From positions 51,726 to 115,725 of the forward strand of contig JAKLKQ010000006.1 of assembly GCA_023150555.1 (NCBI GenBank): a stretch of DNA of 64,000 nt. The letters run 5' to 3'. The notes under the pieces are model-generated. The model did no database searches and had not been told where the DNA came from. It saw only the letters and a list, made by a program, of their open reading frames with translations. Of the stretch, positions 54,618 through 64,000 are shown piece by piece; the stretch's first letter is position 1; each line of letters starts with the position of its first letter. Position numbers and translations under genes: made by a program. This DNA comes from Planctomycetota bacterium (GTDB lineage: Bacteria; Planctomycetota; SZUA-567; H5-PLA8).

Positions 54618-57600
54618 ATGCTGATCGTGATAGCGCTCTTGATGCTGGTGGTGGTCGGCGCGATCACCGTGATCTGGCTGGGCCTGAAGGGTTTGTCCTG
54701 GCTGCTGGGCGTCGGCGACCAGCCCAAGCCGCGCGGCAGCTACCACTACACCGCCTATCGAAGCGAACCGGCGGGCTCGCCGATCGGTCTGAACGCGCAC
54801 GGGGAAGCCGCGCGGGACCGGGAGGACCCGCGCCCCATCCCCGCCGTTCGGCCCGATCCCGCGCCGCCCGCCGCAGGCATCAAAGCTGTTCCGCTCGACG
54901 AGTACGCGCACTACGGCGTGCTGCGCATTCCGGGCGGCGAAGCGCACCTGGAAGGCGCGCTGCCGCGCAGTCCGGAAAAGATCCGCGCCGCCGCCGAGAA
55001 GCTGCACCGCGACGAGACCGCCCCCGAGACGCCGGGCATTCCCGAGACCCCCGATGGAGCCTCCGCCCAGGAGGCTCCCCCTGTTCCTCCTTCCCTGGCT
55101 GCGTCGATGGCCACGGCAGCGGACAACCGAAAGGAGCCGCACGCGTCCGCATCGGCCGTCCGCCAGGGAAAGGAGGACCCCACCCTTTCGGAGATCCTGC
55201 AGCGCGCGTCGCAGCAGGTGGAAGCCGGCCGCGCGCGGGGAAGCGTCGTTCCGTTGATGCGCAGGCCCTCGCCGCCCGAATCCAAGCGGCCCTGGACCGA
55301 GCGCCTCTTCACGCCGGAGAACATCCGCATCCTGCAGAGCTTGGGCATCGGCATCATCTTCATCTCCGCGGTGGCCTTCGTGCGCGGGCAGATGTGGGAC
55401 GCCGCCGGCCCCTGGGAGCAGCTGGGCATCCTGCTGGGCGGCACGCTCTTCTGCGGCCTCGCGGGCTTCGCGCTGCACCGCTGGACGTCGCTGCGCATCA
55501 CCGGCCTGGGCTTCCTGCTGCTGGGGCATCTCTCGCTGCTGCTCGATACGTACGCTTCCGTGCTGAACACCGCCAGCGGACCGGCGCTGTATCCGTTCGC
55601 GCCGGCCTCGCTGTGGACGGCGATGTTCGCGGCCTTCGCGGGCAGTTCGCTGTGGCACGCGCGCAAGCTTAAGGAACCGCTCTTCGAGGCCTTCGCCGTC
55701 TTCGGCGCGCTCTGTTCGTGGGGCAGCGCCGCGTACTGGTTCGGATTTCCGTGGGCAATGATGCCGGCGGCCATGGTTCCCGCGCTGCTTTTGTGCGCCA
55801 TCGGCGCGCGGGCCCTCGCCAAGGACGGCGAGCCCGTGCGGCGCTGGTCGGTGGCGTGGTGGCTGGGCGCGATCTGGGACCTGGGCGGGCTGCTGATGGC
55901 GCTCGCGCTGCCCGCGGTGGCGGTCTTCGACGCGAACCTGAAACTCGAATCGCACCTCGTCCTGCACGTGGCCGTGCTGCTGGGCTTGGCGCTCGCGCTG
56001 CTGGCGCAGGCCTGGCGCGCCGCGGGCCCGCAGGGCGAAAAGAAGAGTTCGACCAGCCTGTTGGGCCGCGTGGACGCCGCCGCAGTGCTGCTCCTGGCGC
56101 CGCTGCCGCTGGTCTTCTTCGCGCGTGGGGCGGAATGGTACCAGTACCTCACGGCCTTTGCGCTGCCGGCGGCGCTGCTGGGCGGCGTGGCCTTCGCGCT
56201 GCGCCGCGCGCTGGCCGGCACCGGCTGGGCGCGCGAGTGCCTGGTCGAACGCCTGGGCCACTGGGGCATCGGCGTGGCGCTCTTCGCCGTGCCCTTCGCG
56301 CTGCTGGTCGCGGTGGACGGCGCGATGACGCCCGCGCAGGCGGCGCTGCCCGTCGCCGCGGCGCTCTTTGCGTCGCTGGTCGCGGCGGTCTTCGGCAGGC
56401 AGGCCTGGGCCGCGGGCACGGCGACGCTGCTGGCGGCGGCCGTCAGCGGGCTGCTGCTGGCCGAACACCGCGCGGCGGCGGAAGCCTGGCCGGCGGTCTG
56501 GCTGGGCGGCGCGCTGCTGCTTCAGGCGGCGTGGGCGCTGCTGGGTTCGCGCGCGCCGGAATTCGCGGGCGAAGCGCCGACGGTGGGCACGCGGAGCGCC
56601 GACCTGTGGGCGCTGCTGGCCGCCGCGCTGCTGGTAACGCTGAACCCGGCGGTGCCGCTGGGCTTGGCGGCGAAGGCGGCCTCTACGGAACTCCTCTACG
56701 GCTGGCTGGCGCTGCTGGGCTACGCGGCATGCGCGGCGTTGCTGCGGCGCGGCAACGCGCGCTGGAGCGTCGTCTTCTACGCGGGCGTGCCGGCGCTGCT
56801 GGGGCTGACGGGCTGCGCCTACGCATTGTGGAAGTGGCCGGCGGAGAGTTTCCCGCTGGCCTGCTCGGGTCTTGCGCTTGGGGCGTGGTGGCTGGCCGGT
56901 TGGGCGCGGCAATCGGGCATGGGGCTCGATGCCGGCCGGCGCCACGCCCTGAGCATGCCTACCTTTGCGGTCGCGCTGCTGGGCGCGGGCCAAGCGCTGC
57001 ACGGCCTGTACGCCTGGCCCGACGGCCCCAAGCACCTATACGCCGTCGCGACGTGGGCCGGCTACGCGCTGCTGGGCTGGCGCGCGAGCACCGGGACGCG
57101 GCGCGCGCACTGGAACACCGGCACCTTCTTCGGCCTGGTCTGCGGGAGCTTGATCGCGCTGGCCGCGCTGCACGGAATGCGCGCGGCCTCGCTGCCCGCC
57201 GCGCAGATCGGCCCGGTGCTGATGCTGGTCGCGCTGGTCTTGCAGGCGCTGTGCGAGTTGAGCCTGCGCATCGCGCGATCGGAGACGGACGGCGAAGCGG
57301 CGGCGGAAACCGGCGCGCCCTTGTCCGGGGCGCCGCTTTCCGGCCGGGCGATGGGCCTGCGCGTCTCTTCGGCGCTGGCGGGCTTCGGCGCGCTTTCGCT
57401 CGGCTGGATCGCCGCCGCGGGCACGCATCCGTGGTGCTGGGCCTCGACGCTGCTGATGGGCGCGGTGCTTATGGCAACGGAGGCGGTGCTGGGCCGGCGC
57501 GGCAAGGCGAAGATCCACGCGCCGCGCTTCATGCTGCTGGAACTCGCGGGCTTCGCGCTGCTGGCGTGGTCGGCGCGCGAGGCGCTGCTGGCGCTGAACT

Positions 57601-59177
57601 TCCAAATGATTCCTCAATTGTGGCCGCTGGGCGGCGCGCTGCTGCTGCTGGCGGGCATGGCCTGCGAGTCGCTCGCCGGCGCGGTGCTGGGCATCGAGAA
57701 GGCCCGCGAGACGCCCAGCCCCTTCCTGGAGTCGCGCATGATCGCGGCGCTGGGCCTGGGCACGCTCGGTCTGGCGCAGGCGCTGCTGGGGCGGCAGCCC
57801 TTCGGGCTGTTCATCGAACCGACGTGGCGAACGATCTTCGCCTGCGCGGCGCTAGCCGTGTACGGTTCGATGGCGCGCTGGAGCGCCGAAGACGCCTGGA
57901 CGCGCCTGGCGCAGTGGGGCAGCGGGCTCACGGCGTACGTGCTGCTGCCGCTGGGCTACCTGGCCTTCCTGGAAGCGCATTCGACCGGCAGCAGCTACGG
58001 CGGCGCGTGGTTCATGCTGCTGGCGCCGCTGATGCTGGCCACCGCGTACGTGCTGAAGCGCAACGGCCAGGGCGCGCAGGTGGCGCTGGCCGCCGCCGGG
58101 GCGATGTTTGTCAACGCGGGCGCGCTGGTGCTGGCCTTCGCGAAGAACGCCGGAAACCTGCCCGAGGTTCCGATGCTCGTCTTCGCGGGGATCGGCGCAC
58201 AGCTGGTTGCCGCGCGCGCTTACTTTAAGTCGTCGGCCTTCACCTACGCGGCGTGCGCGGCCTGGACGGGCTTCGCGCTCTTCGCCGAACGCCTCGCCTT
58301 CGGACTCGGCGCGTGGAACCCCGCGCCGCCGGTCTGGGAGCCGCTGGCGATGCTGGCCCTGGGCGCCGGGCTGCTGCTGGCCTTCAGCTCGAAGCAGGCG
58401 GCGAAGCGCATCCAGGAGCACCAGCACGTGGCGCTGTACGGCTTCTGGCTCGCGACGGGCATGGCGGTGTGGTCGTTCCTCGTGTGGGGCATGTACGCGC
58501 CGCACGGCGCGCGCGCCTCGGCTTCGGGACTGCTGCGCTACGAGGTCCTGATCGCGTGCCTGGCGTTGTACGGCTGGGTCTGCACGCACGCGCGGCGGGC
58601 GCTGAGCTTCGAACCCGGCGCGTGGCTGGGCCCGGCGCTGACGATGCTCGCCTACATGCTCTATGTCTGGAAGATGCGCCCCGACGCCTGGGAATGGTTC
58701 ATGCTGCCGCCGGCGGTCTTCTGCTTCGGCTGGGCGTACCACCTGGCGAAAGAAAGTGGCCTGGGCGCGCGCGGCGAGGACCGCGAGCCCGTCAACGCGG
58801 TGCTGGGCGCGGCCAGCCTGCTGGCGCTGGCGCCGAGTTTCCTGCAAGCGATGCCGTACGAGCCCGGCCTGAGCAGTTCGACGTACCACTACTTCGCGCT
58901 GGTGGTGCTGGGCTTCGCGCTGGTGGGTGGTGCGATGGTCGCGCGGCGCAAGGTGCCGCTGCTGGCCGGCAGCGGCGCGATACTGCTCGGCACGCTGGTG
59001 AAGGCGGTGCAGTGGATCGCGGACAAGAGTGTGGCCCTGCCGGTGGCGGGCATCGTGATCGGGTTCTTCGTCCTGATGGTGGGCTGCTTCTTCGAGTCGC
59101 GCATGAACGCGGCGCTGAAGCTGGCCGTCGACCGCGCCAAGGCCGAAGCCAAGCTCTTCTGGATTTCGTGGCAGTGA
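54618..59177 (+). CDS. Giant polytopic membrane protein (~1520 aa, >35 predicted TM helices; unknown function)
   Basis: ggagga RBS plus ATG at 54618. Almost entirely hydrophobic Ala/Leu/Gly/Trp-rich helices with short loops. Divergent from the LysR gene. Confidence 0.7.
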   Translation: MLIVIALLMLVVVGAITVIWLGLKGLSWLLGVGDQPKPRGSYHYTAYRSEPAGSPIGLNAHGEAARDREDPRPIPAVRPDPAPPAAGIKAVPLDEYAHYGVLRIPGGEAHLEGALPRSPEKIRAAAEKLHRDETAPETPGIPETPDGASAQEAPPVPPSLAASMATAADNRKEPHASASAVRQGKEDPTLSEILQRASQQVEAGRARGSVVPLMRRPSPPESKRPWTERLFTPENIRILQSLGIGIIFISAVAFVRGQMWDAAGPWEQLGILLGGTLFCGLAGFALHRWTSLRITGLGFLLLGHLSLLLDTYASVLNTASGPALYPFAPASLWTAMFAAFAGSSLWHARKLKEPLFEAFAVFGALCSWGSAAYWFGFPWAMMPAAMVPALLLCAIGARALAKDGEPVRRWSVAWWLGAIWDLGGLLMALALPAVAVFDANLKLESHLVLHVAVLLGLALALLAQAWRAAGPQGEKKSSTSLLGRVDAAAVLLLAPLPLVFFARGAEWYQYLTAFALPAALLGGVAFALRRALAGTGWARECLVERLGHWGIGVALFAVPFALLVAVDGAMTPAQAALPVAAALFASLVAAVFGRQAWAAGTATLLAAAVSGLLLAEHRAAAEAWPAVWLGGALLLQAAWALLGSRAPEFAGEAPTVGTRSADLWALLAAALLVTLNPAVPLGLAAKAASTELLYGWLALLGYAACAALLRRGNARWSVVFYAGVPALLGLTGCAYALWKWPAESFPLACSGLALGAWWLAGWARQSGMGLDAGRRHALSMPTFAVALLGAGQALHGLYAWPDGPKHLYAVATWAGYALLGWRASTGTRRAHWNTGTFFGLVCGSLIALAALHGMRAASLPAAQIGPVLMLVALVLQALCELSLRIARSETDGEAAAETGAPLSGAPLSGRAMGLRVSSALAGFGALSLGWIAAAGTHPWCWASTLLMGAVLMATEAVLGRRGKAKIHAPRFMLLELAGFALLAWSAREALLALNFQMIPQLWPLGGALLLLAGMACESLAGAVLGIEKARETPSPFLESRMIAALGLGTLGLAQALLGRQPFGLFIEPTWRTIFACAALAVYGSMARWSAEDAWTRLAQWGSGLTAYVLLPLGYLAFLEAHSTGSSYGGAWFMLLAPLMLATAYVLKRNGQGAQVALAAAGAMFVNAGALVLAFAKNAGNLPEVPMLVFAGIGAQLVAARAYFKSSAFTYAACAAWTGFALFAERLAFGLGAWNPAPPVWEPLAMLALGAGLLLAFSSKQAAKRIQEHQHVALYGFWLATGMAVWSFLVWGMYAPHGARASASGLLRYEVLIACLALYGWVCTHARRALSFEPGAWLGPALTMLAYMLYVWKMRPDAWEWFMLPPAVFCFGWAYHLAKESGLGARGEDREPVNAVLGAASLLALAPSFLQAMPYEPGLSSSTYHYFALVVLGFALVGGAMVARRKVPLLAGSGAILLGTLVKAVQWIADKSVALPVAGIVIGFFVLMVGCFFESRMNAALKLAVDRAKAEAKLFWISWQ

Positions 59178-59309
59178 GGCATCCCCCAGTGCACCTTGCG
59201 CATTTCCGGGCTAACGCGTGACTAGTTCGCGGTTTCCCGTCCGTTGATTGCGCCGTGCGCGCGTCTAGAATGATGGTCTTGCGTCCCTTCCACGCCCGAG
59301 GTCCCTACC

Positions 59310-60626
59310 GTGAATCGCTTGACGTCCGTGCTGCTCGCATCGTTCTGCTGCGCCTGTTTCTGCGCGGCGGCTGAAGAGGGCGCCAAGCCCGCTCCGAAGC
59401 CCGCGCCCAAGGCCGGCAGCGAAGCCGCCGACCTGCCCGAGATCTACACGCTCGCCGAGTTGCTCGAGAAGGCCGACCTGATCGTGCTGGGCGAAGTCTC
59501 CGATGCGGACGGCATCGGTTCGCGCATCAAGGTCCTGGACCTGCTCAAGCAGCCCGAAGATCCCGCGGTGAAGAAGATGACCGAACCCGCGCGCGAGAAA
59601 CTCGCCGAGGAACGCCTCGCGCTGCTGGCCGCCGGCAAGGAGCCCAAGGCCGAGGACGAGCAGAAGGAAGAGAAGCTCAAGGCCGCCACCGTGCTCCCGG
59701 CGCTGGCCGTCGAGGCCGCCGGGCGCATGCGCGTGCCGGCCGCCGGCACGCAGGGCCTGTTCTTCCTGTGGGAGCGCATCGACGGCAGCAAGGAAGTCCC
59801 GCTGCGCTACCGTCTCGCGCACCCGCAGTGCCTGTACGACCCCAGCTACGCGGCGACCGCGAAGGTGGCGCTCGCGCGCGGGCGCTTCCTGGACCGCACC
59901 GTGTACCTGCGCGACTGGGACGAGAAGATGGCGCGCCGCGGCGCCGAGGCCAGCGCCGACGACGCGATCCGCGCGCACGCCGCCGGCGCCGACGAGAACG
60001 GCATGCGCCTGAAGGCGCTCAGCCCCCGGCGCAGCGTGCACCGCAACGACAACAGCTTCAGCGTGGTCGTGGAGTTCGAGAACCTGCTCGGCCGCGACGT
60101 CTACTTCTTCGACGGCATGCAGAGCAACTTCGGGGTGCGCCTGCGCAAGAAGGACGCCGCGCCCGAGACCGCTGTGGTGCTGCGCGTGAAGATGAAGAAC
60201 GTCACCGAAGGCGTCGACGGCGGCACGCTGGAACTGCTCGACTACGGCGACTTCGCGCTGCTGGCCAAGGGCAAGACCTGCACCCGCACGCTCTACTTCG
60301 ACGCCCCCGACCACCTCGGCGTGAAAGAACTCGACGGCGAGTACCTCGTCGCGGGCTTCTACGCCAGCACCGTCGAAGGCAAGGGCGTGAAGAACCTCAA
60401 CACGCTGGCCTGGACCGGCACGCTGCTGACGCAGGAAGTCCCGCTGGCCTTCAGCAAGGACGGCACCCAGCCCGTGCAGCGCCGCTACACGCCGCCCAAG
60501 CGCGCCGCGAAGTCCGAAGGCGAAGGCGAAAAAGACAACGCCGCCGCGAAGACCGAGCCCGCGCCCGCCGCGCCCGCCGCGCAAGTCGTGCCGGTCGAAC
60601 CCGCGGAAGCCAAGGCCGAAAAGTAG
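59310..60626 (+). CDS. Secreted hypothetical protein with an Ala/Pro/Lys-rich C-terminal tail
   Basis: GTG start, signal peptide MNRLTSVLLASFCCACFCAAA, and protein-like composition. Confidence 0.6.
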   Translation: MNRLTSVLLASFCCACFCAAAEEGAKPAPKPAPKAGSEAADLPEIYTLAELLEKADLIVLGEVSDADGIGSRIKVLDLLKQPEDPAVKKMTEPAREKLAEERLALLAAGKEPKAEDEQKEEKLKAATVLPALAVEAAGRMRVPAAGTQGLFFLWERIDGSKEVPLRYRLAHPQCLYDPSYAATAKVALARGRFLDRTVYLRDWDEKMARRGAEASADDAIRAHAAGADENGMRLKALSPRRSVHRNDNSFSVVVEFENLLGRDVYFFDGMQSNFGVRLRKKDAAPETAVVLRVKMKNVTEGVDGGTLELLDYGDFALLAKGKTCTRTLYFDAPDHLGVKELDGEYLVAGFYASTVEGKGVKNLNTLAWTGTLLTQEVPLAFSKDGTQPVQRRYTPPKRAAKSEGEGEKDNAAAKTEPAPAAPAAQVVPVEPAEAKAEK

Positions 60627-60737
60627 CCTGCCCGCCGTAACTTTAGCCATTCAGGTAACCCCGGAAACCGGTGAACCCGCGCGCCTCCGCTGCGTTCCCT
60701 TGCCCGTCGGCAAGGACCGCATGCGGAGGCACCGGCT

Positions 60738-63700
60738 ATGAACGCGAACGAAGGCAGTCCCGGCGCGAGCACCCCTTCCGAGCGCCCCCTTATAAAGGAG
60801 GCGGCCCCGTCTGCGCCCGGCGCTCTCGCGGCGCGCGGCTGGCTGCGCGGCCTGGTCGAGTACCTGGCGCAGACGCGCTGGTGGGCGGTGGCCGCGGCCT
60901 TCCACGTGCTGCTGCTGGCGCTCTCCGGCGTTGTGGCGATGGTCGCGCTGCCGTACTTTGGCCAGGGCGAAACGTACAGCACGCTCTCCCTCGTCCATCC
61001 CCCGGCGCCCGAGTACGACGAGAAGCCCGCGCGCGACGTCTTCCTGAAGCCCATGCCGGTCGACGCGAACAGCGCACCCATCGAGAACCCCATGGTCACG
61101 CACGAGACCATCGAGTTCGGCGACCACAGCGAGACCGAGGTCTCGAACAGCTTCGACACGCAGATGCTGCGCGGAGCGGCAGGCATGAGCGACATGCCGA
61201 TGGGCGGCAGCGGCACCGTTGCGGCCATCGGCTTCGGCGGCGGCGGGGGCGGCGCGTACGGCTGCTCAAGCTACGCCGGTGCCGGCGGACGCCGGCGCCT
61301 GGCCATGCGCGGCGGCGGCGCATTGGCGACGACCGAGCGCGAACGCCGCGCGTATGCCGTCGATCCGCGCGTCGCGGCCGCGGTGCGCTGGCTGGCGCAG
61401 AACCAGGACGCCGACGGCGGCTGGGACTGCAAGGCCTTCGGCGGCAAGGAGCACGACGTCGCGGTCACCGGCATGGCGCTGCTCGCGTTCCTCAGCGCCG
61501 GCAGTACCGAGATGGAAGGCCCCTACCGCGACCAGGTCCGCCGCGCGGTTACGTACCTCAAGCAGCACCAGCTCCCCGATGGGCGGCTCGCCGGAGCCGG
61601 CGGCGAAGGCGATGGCTACGCGCACGCAATCGCGGGGATGAGCCTGGCCGAGGCCGCGGGCCAGGGCCGCGTCAGCGATACGATCCGCGCCGCGCAGCAG
61701 GCCGCCTTCTGGAGTGCCGCGCTGCCGGACGTGCCGGACGCCGCGTGGCGTTACCGCGGGCCGGGAGGTGAGGGCGACCTCTCCGTCACCGGCTGGTACG
61801 TCCTGCAGCTCGACGCCGCGCGCGCCAACGGCCTGCGGGTCTCAGACCATGCGCTCGACCAGGCCCGCGCGTTCCTCGACCGCGTGTCGGTGAAGGAGAA
61901 GGGCGCGGCTGCCACGAAATATCTTTACAGACCCGGCGGCAAGGAGAGCGTGCGCCTGGACGCCATCGGCGCGGCCTGTGACCTGCTGCTGGGCGACGGG
62001 CGCAGCCCCGCGCACGGCCTGCGCGCGCTGCCCGACGCGCGCACGCCCGATCTGTACTACTGGTACTACGGCACGCTGGCCGCGTTCCAGGCCGGCGGGC
62101 ATCCGTGGAAGCAGTGGCACGGCGCGCTGTACCGCACGCTGGCCAGCACGCAGCGGCGGGGCGGCGCGGAGACCGGAAGCTGGGACCCCGCGGGCGACTA
62201 CGCCGACCACTGGGGCCGCGTGGGCCAGACCGCGCTGAGCGCCCTGTGCCTGAACGTCTACAACCGCAACCTGCCCGCCGCGCCCGACAGCACCGCCGGC
62301 CTGGCGCCGGCCCCCGCGCCCGAACCCAAGCCGCAGGCGCTCGAGAACCCGCAGGATGCCGTCGATCCGGTCGCGAACACCGAAAGCTACGATCCGATCG
62401 ACGAAGCGACCTTCACGAAGGTCATCGGCGCCGACGCGCTCTCGACCTTCGACATCGACGTCGACACCGCGTCGTACTCGAACGTGCGCCGCTTCATCCA
62501 GGGCGGGGACCTGCCGCCCGCCGGCGCGGTCCGCATCGAGGAGCTGGTCAACTACTTCGACTACGATTACCGGGCGCCGGACAACGGCGACGCCTTCGCC
62601 GTGCGCACGGAGATCAACGAGTGCCCGTGGAGCCCCGCGCACCGCCTGGCCCTGGTGGCGCTGAAGGGCCGCGAACTCGAACGAGCGAAGCCCGAGGCGC
62701 GGCCGTCGAGCAACCTCGTTTTCCTCGTCGACGTCAGCGGCTCGATGAGCGCCGACAACAAGCTGCCGCTGGTGCAGCAGGGCCTGCGCCTATTGGTCGA
62801 CAACCTCAACGCGAAGGACCGCGTCGCCATCGTCACCTACGCCGGCCACGCGGGCGTGGCGCTGGAGAGCACGCCCTGCGGCGACAAGCGCGGCATTCTG
62901 AACGCGATCAACAGCCTGGGCGCCGGCGGCGGCACCAACGGCGCGCAGGGCATCCTGACCGCGTACGAACTGGCGAAGAAGGGCTTCATCCCCGGCGGCG
63001 CCAACCGCGTGATCCTGTGCACCGACGGAGACTTCAACGTCGGCGTCACCAGCCGCGACGAGCTGCTGGACCTGATCAAGGAGCAGGCGAGGAGCAACGT
63101 CTTTTTGACCGTGCTGGGCTTCGGCATGGGCAACTACAAGGACAGCACGCTCGAACTGCTCGCCGACAAGGGCAACGGCACCTACGGCTACATCGACACC
63201 TTTACGGAGGCGAAGAAGGTTTTCCAGAACGATCTCGACGCGACGCTGGTCACCATCGCCAAGGACGTGAAGATCCAGGTCGAGTTCAACCCCGCCAAGG
63301 TCGCCGCCTACCGCCTGATCGGCTACGAGAACCGCGTGATGGCCGCCAAGGACTTCCGCGACGACACCAAGGACGGCGGCGAGATCGGCGCCGGCCACCG
63401 CGTCACCGCGCTGTACGAGCTGATTCCCTTTGGCGACCCGGGCGCCTCCGCCGTGCGCGGCGCCGGCCCGCTGAAGTACCAGGAAACCGCCAAGTCCAGC
63501 GCCGCCGCGCAGAACGGAGAACTCTTCACCGTCTACCTGCGCCACAAGCAGCCCGAAGGCGATTCGGCCACCGAGCGCGACGTCGCGGTGCGCGACGCGG
63601 GACTCGGGTGGAAGGACGCTAGCGCCAACCTGCGCTGGGCCAGCGCGGTGGCCATGTTCGGCTTCCAGTTGCGCGGCAGCGCGCACAAGGGCCGCACCGG

Positions 63701-63812
63701 CTGGGACCTGATCGAGAAGACCGCCGCGGACGCCAAGGGCAAGGACGAGCTGGGCTACCGCGCCGAATTCCTGGACCTGGTTGCGAAGGCCCGCGCGCTG
63801 CCGAAGCGCTGA
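60738..63812 (+). CDS. Membrane-anchored prenyltransferase/terpene-cyclase-like alpha-toroid repeat + YfbK-type vWA/DUF3520 protein (true start probably ~60870-60940)
   Basis: TM helix VAAAFHVLLLALSGVVAMVALPYF, repeat motifs QNQDADGGWD / KQHQLPDGRLAG, and a C-terminal ~480 aa about 65% identical to the C-terminus of the 43284-47618 protein (LVFLVDVSGSMSAD MIDAS). Confidence 0.75.
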   Translation: MNANEGSPGASTPSERPLIKEAAPSAPGALAARGWLRGLVEYLAQTRWWAVAAAFHVLLLALSGVVAMVALPYFGQGETYSTLSLVHPPAPEYDEKPARDVFLKPMPVDANSAPIENPMVTHETIEFGDHSETEVSNSFDTQMLRGAAGMSDMPMGGSGTVAAIGFGGGGGGAYGCSSYAGAGGRRRLAMRGGGALATTERERRAYAVDPRVAAAVRWLAQNQDADGGWDCKAFGGKEHDVAVTGMALLAFLSAGSTEMEGPYRDQVRRAVTYLKQHQLPDGRLAGAGGEGDGYAHAIAGMSLAEAAGQGRVSDTIRAAQQAAFWSAALPDVPDAAWRYRGPGGEGDLSVTGWYVLQLDAARANGLRVSDHALDQARAFLDRVSVKEKGAAATKYLYRPGGKESVRLDAIGAACDLLLGDGRSPAHGLRALPDARTPDLYYWYYGTLAAFQAGGHPWKQWHGALYRTLASTQRRGGAETGSWDPAGDYADHWGRVGQTALSALCLNVYNRNLPAAPDSTAGLAPAPAPEPKPQALENPQDAVDPVANTESYDPIDEATFTKVIGADALSTFDIDVDTASYSNVRRFIQGGDLPPAGAVRIEELVNYFDYDYRAPDNGDAFAVRTEINECPWSPAHRLALVALKGRELERAKPEARPSSNLVFLVDVSGSMSADNKLPLVQQGLRLLVDNLNAKDRVAIVTYAGHAGVALESTPCGDKRGILNAINSLGAGGGTNGAQGILTAYELAKKGFIPGGANRVILCTDGDFNVGVTSRDELLDLIKEQARSNVFLTVLGFGMGNYKDSTLELLADKGNGTYGYIDTFTEAKKVFQNDLDATLVTIAKDVKIQVEFNPAKVAAYRLIGYENRVMAAKDFRDDTKDGGEIGAGHRVTALYELIPFGDPGASAVRGAGPLKYQETAKSSAAAQNGELFTVYLRHKQPEGDSATERDVAVRDAGLGWKDASANLRWASAVAMFGFQLRGSAHKGRTGWDLIEKTAADAKGKDELGYRAEFLDLVAKARALPKR
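60783..60804. promoter_or_regulatory. Second copy (reverse orientation, 20/21) of the CGCCTCCTTTATAAGGAGGCG palindrome
   Basis: CGCCCCCTTATAAAGGAGGCGG lies inside the annotated 5' end of the vWA ORF. This argues that the real start codon is downstream and that the motif is a promoter/operator. Confidence 0.3.
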
Positions 63813-63917
63813 AACTCCGGCACTTGCCACGCTTCCTCACCCGACTAGCGTGAACGGTGTACGCATCCCACGTACGCCGCTTTCGCCGTTGAACCGCTTT
63901 CGCAGGAGAGAAGCGCC

Positions 63918-64000
63918 ATGGCCGATGCCAAAATCCGCGTCACCGTCTGGAATGAGTTCCGCCACGAGAAGAAGGCCGGCAAGCCCGCCGAGATCTACCC
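63918..64000 (+). CDS. ThuA-like (trehalose utilization / class-I glutamine amidotransferase-like) protein, 5' fragment running off the window
   Basis: MADAKIRVTVWNEFRHEKKAGKPAEIYP matches the conserved ThuA N-terminus (VxVWNExxHE...YP). Confidence 0.45.
   Translation, partial: MADAKIRVTVWNEFRHEKKAGKPAEIY

Noticed and set aside
53559-58228. 1158-aa minus ORF and 836-aa + ORF in alternative frames over the giant membrane-protein gene
   Set aside because: Both are extreme Arg/Gly/Ala-rich. The frame starting at 54618 gives a coherent series of TM helices preceded by a ggagga RBS.

Overview
This is a 64-kb, high-GC (roughly two-thirds G+C) bacterial chromosomal segment. Genes are densely packed, with long antisense 'shadow' ORFs typical of GC-rich genomes and short AT-rich intergenic islands. 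The gene content (many ECF sigma/anti-sigma pairs, vWA-domain giants, a Cys-type sulfatase, double zinc-ribbon and HEAT/TPR/WD40 proteins) suggests a Planctomycetota-like organism, though that is inference only. I call about 45 protein-coding genes and no rRNA, tRNA or CRISPR.

Main content, in window order:
- A TetR-regulated ABC exporter at the window start.
- An ECF-sigma/FecR-type anti-sigma operon driving an extracytoplasmic flavinylation module (ApbE, a secreted FMN-binding-domain protein, a NapH/MauN/NosR-type polyferredoxin). This looks like a split NosR-like redox system of unknown function.
- A CysE-TrpC fusion, an orphan LarC with an extreme His-rich insert, and a mitochondrial-type aconitase with a histone-H1-like basic tail.
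- A four-gene VIT/vWA operon.
- An IclR-PhyH-sulfatase cluster.
- A second ECF sigma followed by a 1444-aa anti-sigma::YfbK-type vWA fusion, with a paralogous vWA module at the window end.
- A dnaN-WD40-dciA operon next to a 760-bp non-coding region carrying a perfect DnaA box and an AT-rich stretch (candidate oriC).
- A LysR-controlled ~1520-aa polytopic membrane protein.

The most striking sequence-level observation is a pair of homologous ~110-nt AT-rich non-coding elements (23030-23130 on the plus strand, 48395-48530 on the minus strand). They share a bipartite GTGTAAC-N2-TTTGCAC / TTTCACGTGAA(A)C architecture and show no coding-type substitution pattern, so they are a candidate sRNA or regulatory-repeat family. 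A 21-bp palindrome, CGCCTCCTTTATAAGGAGGCG, also occurs twice in the window.
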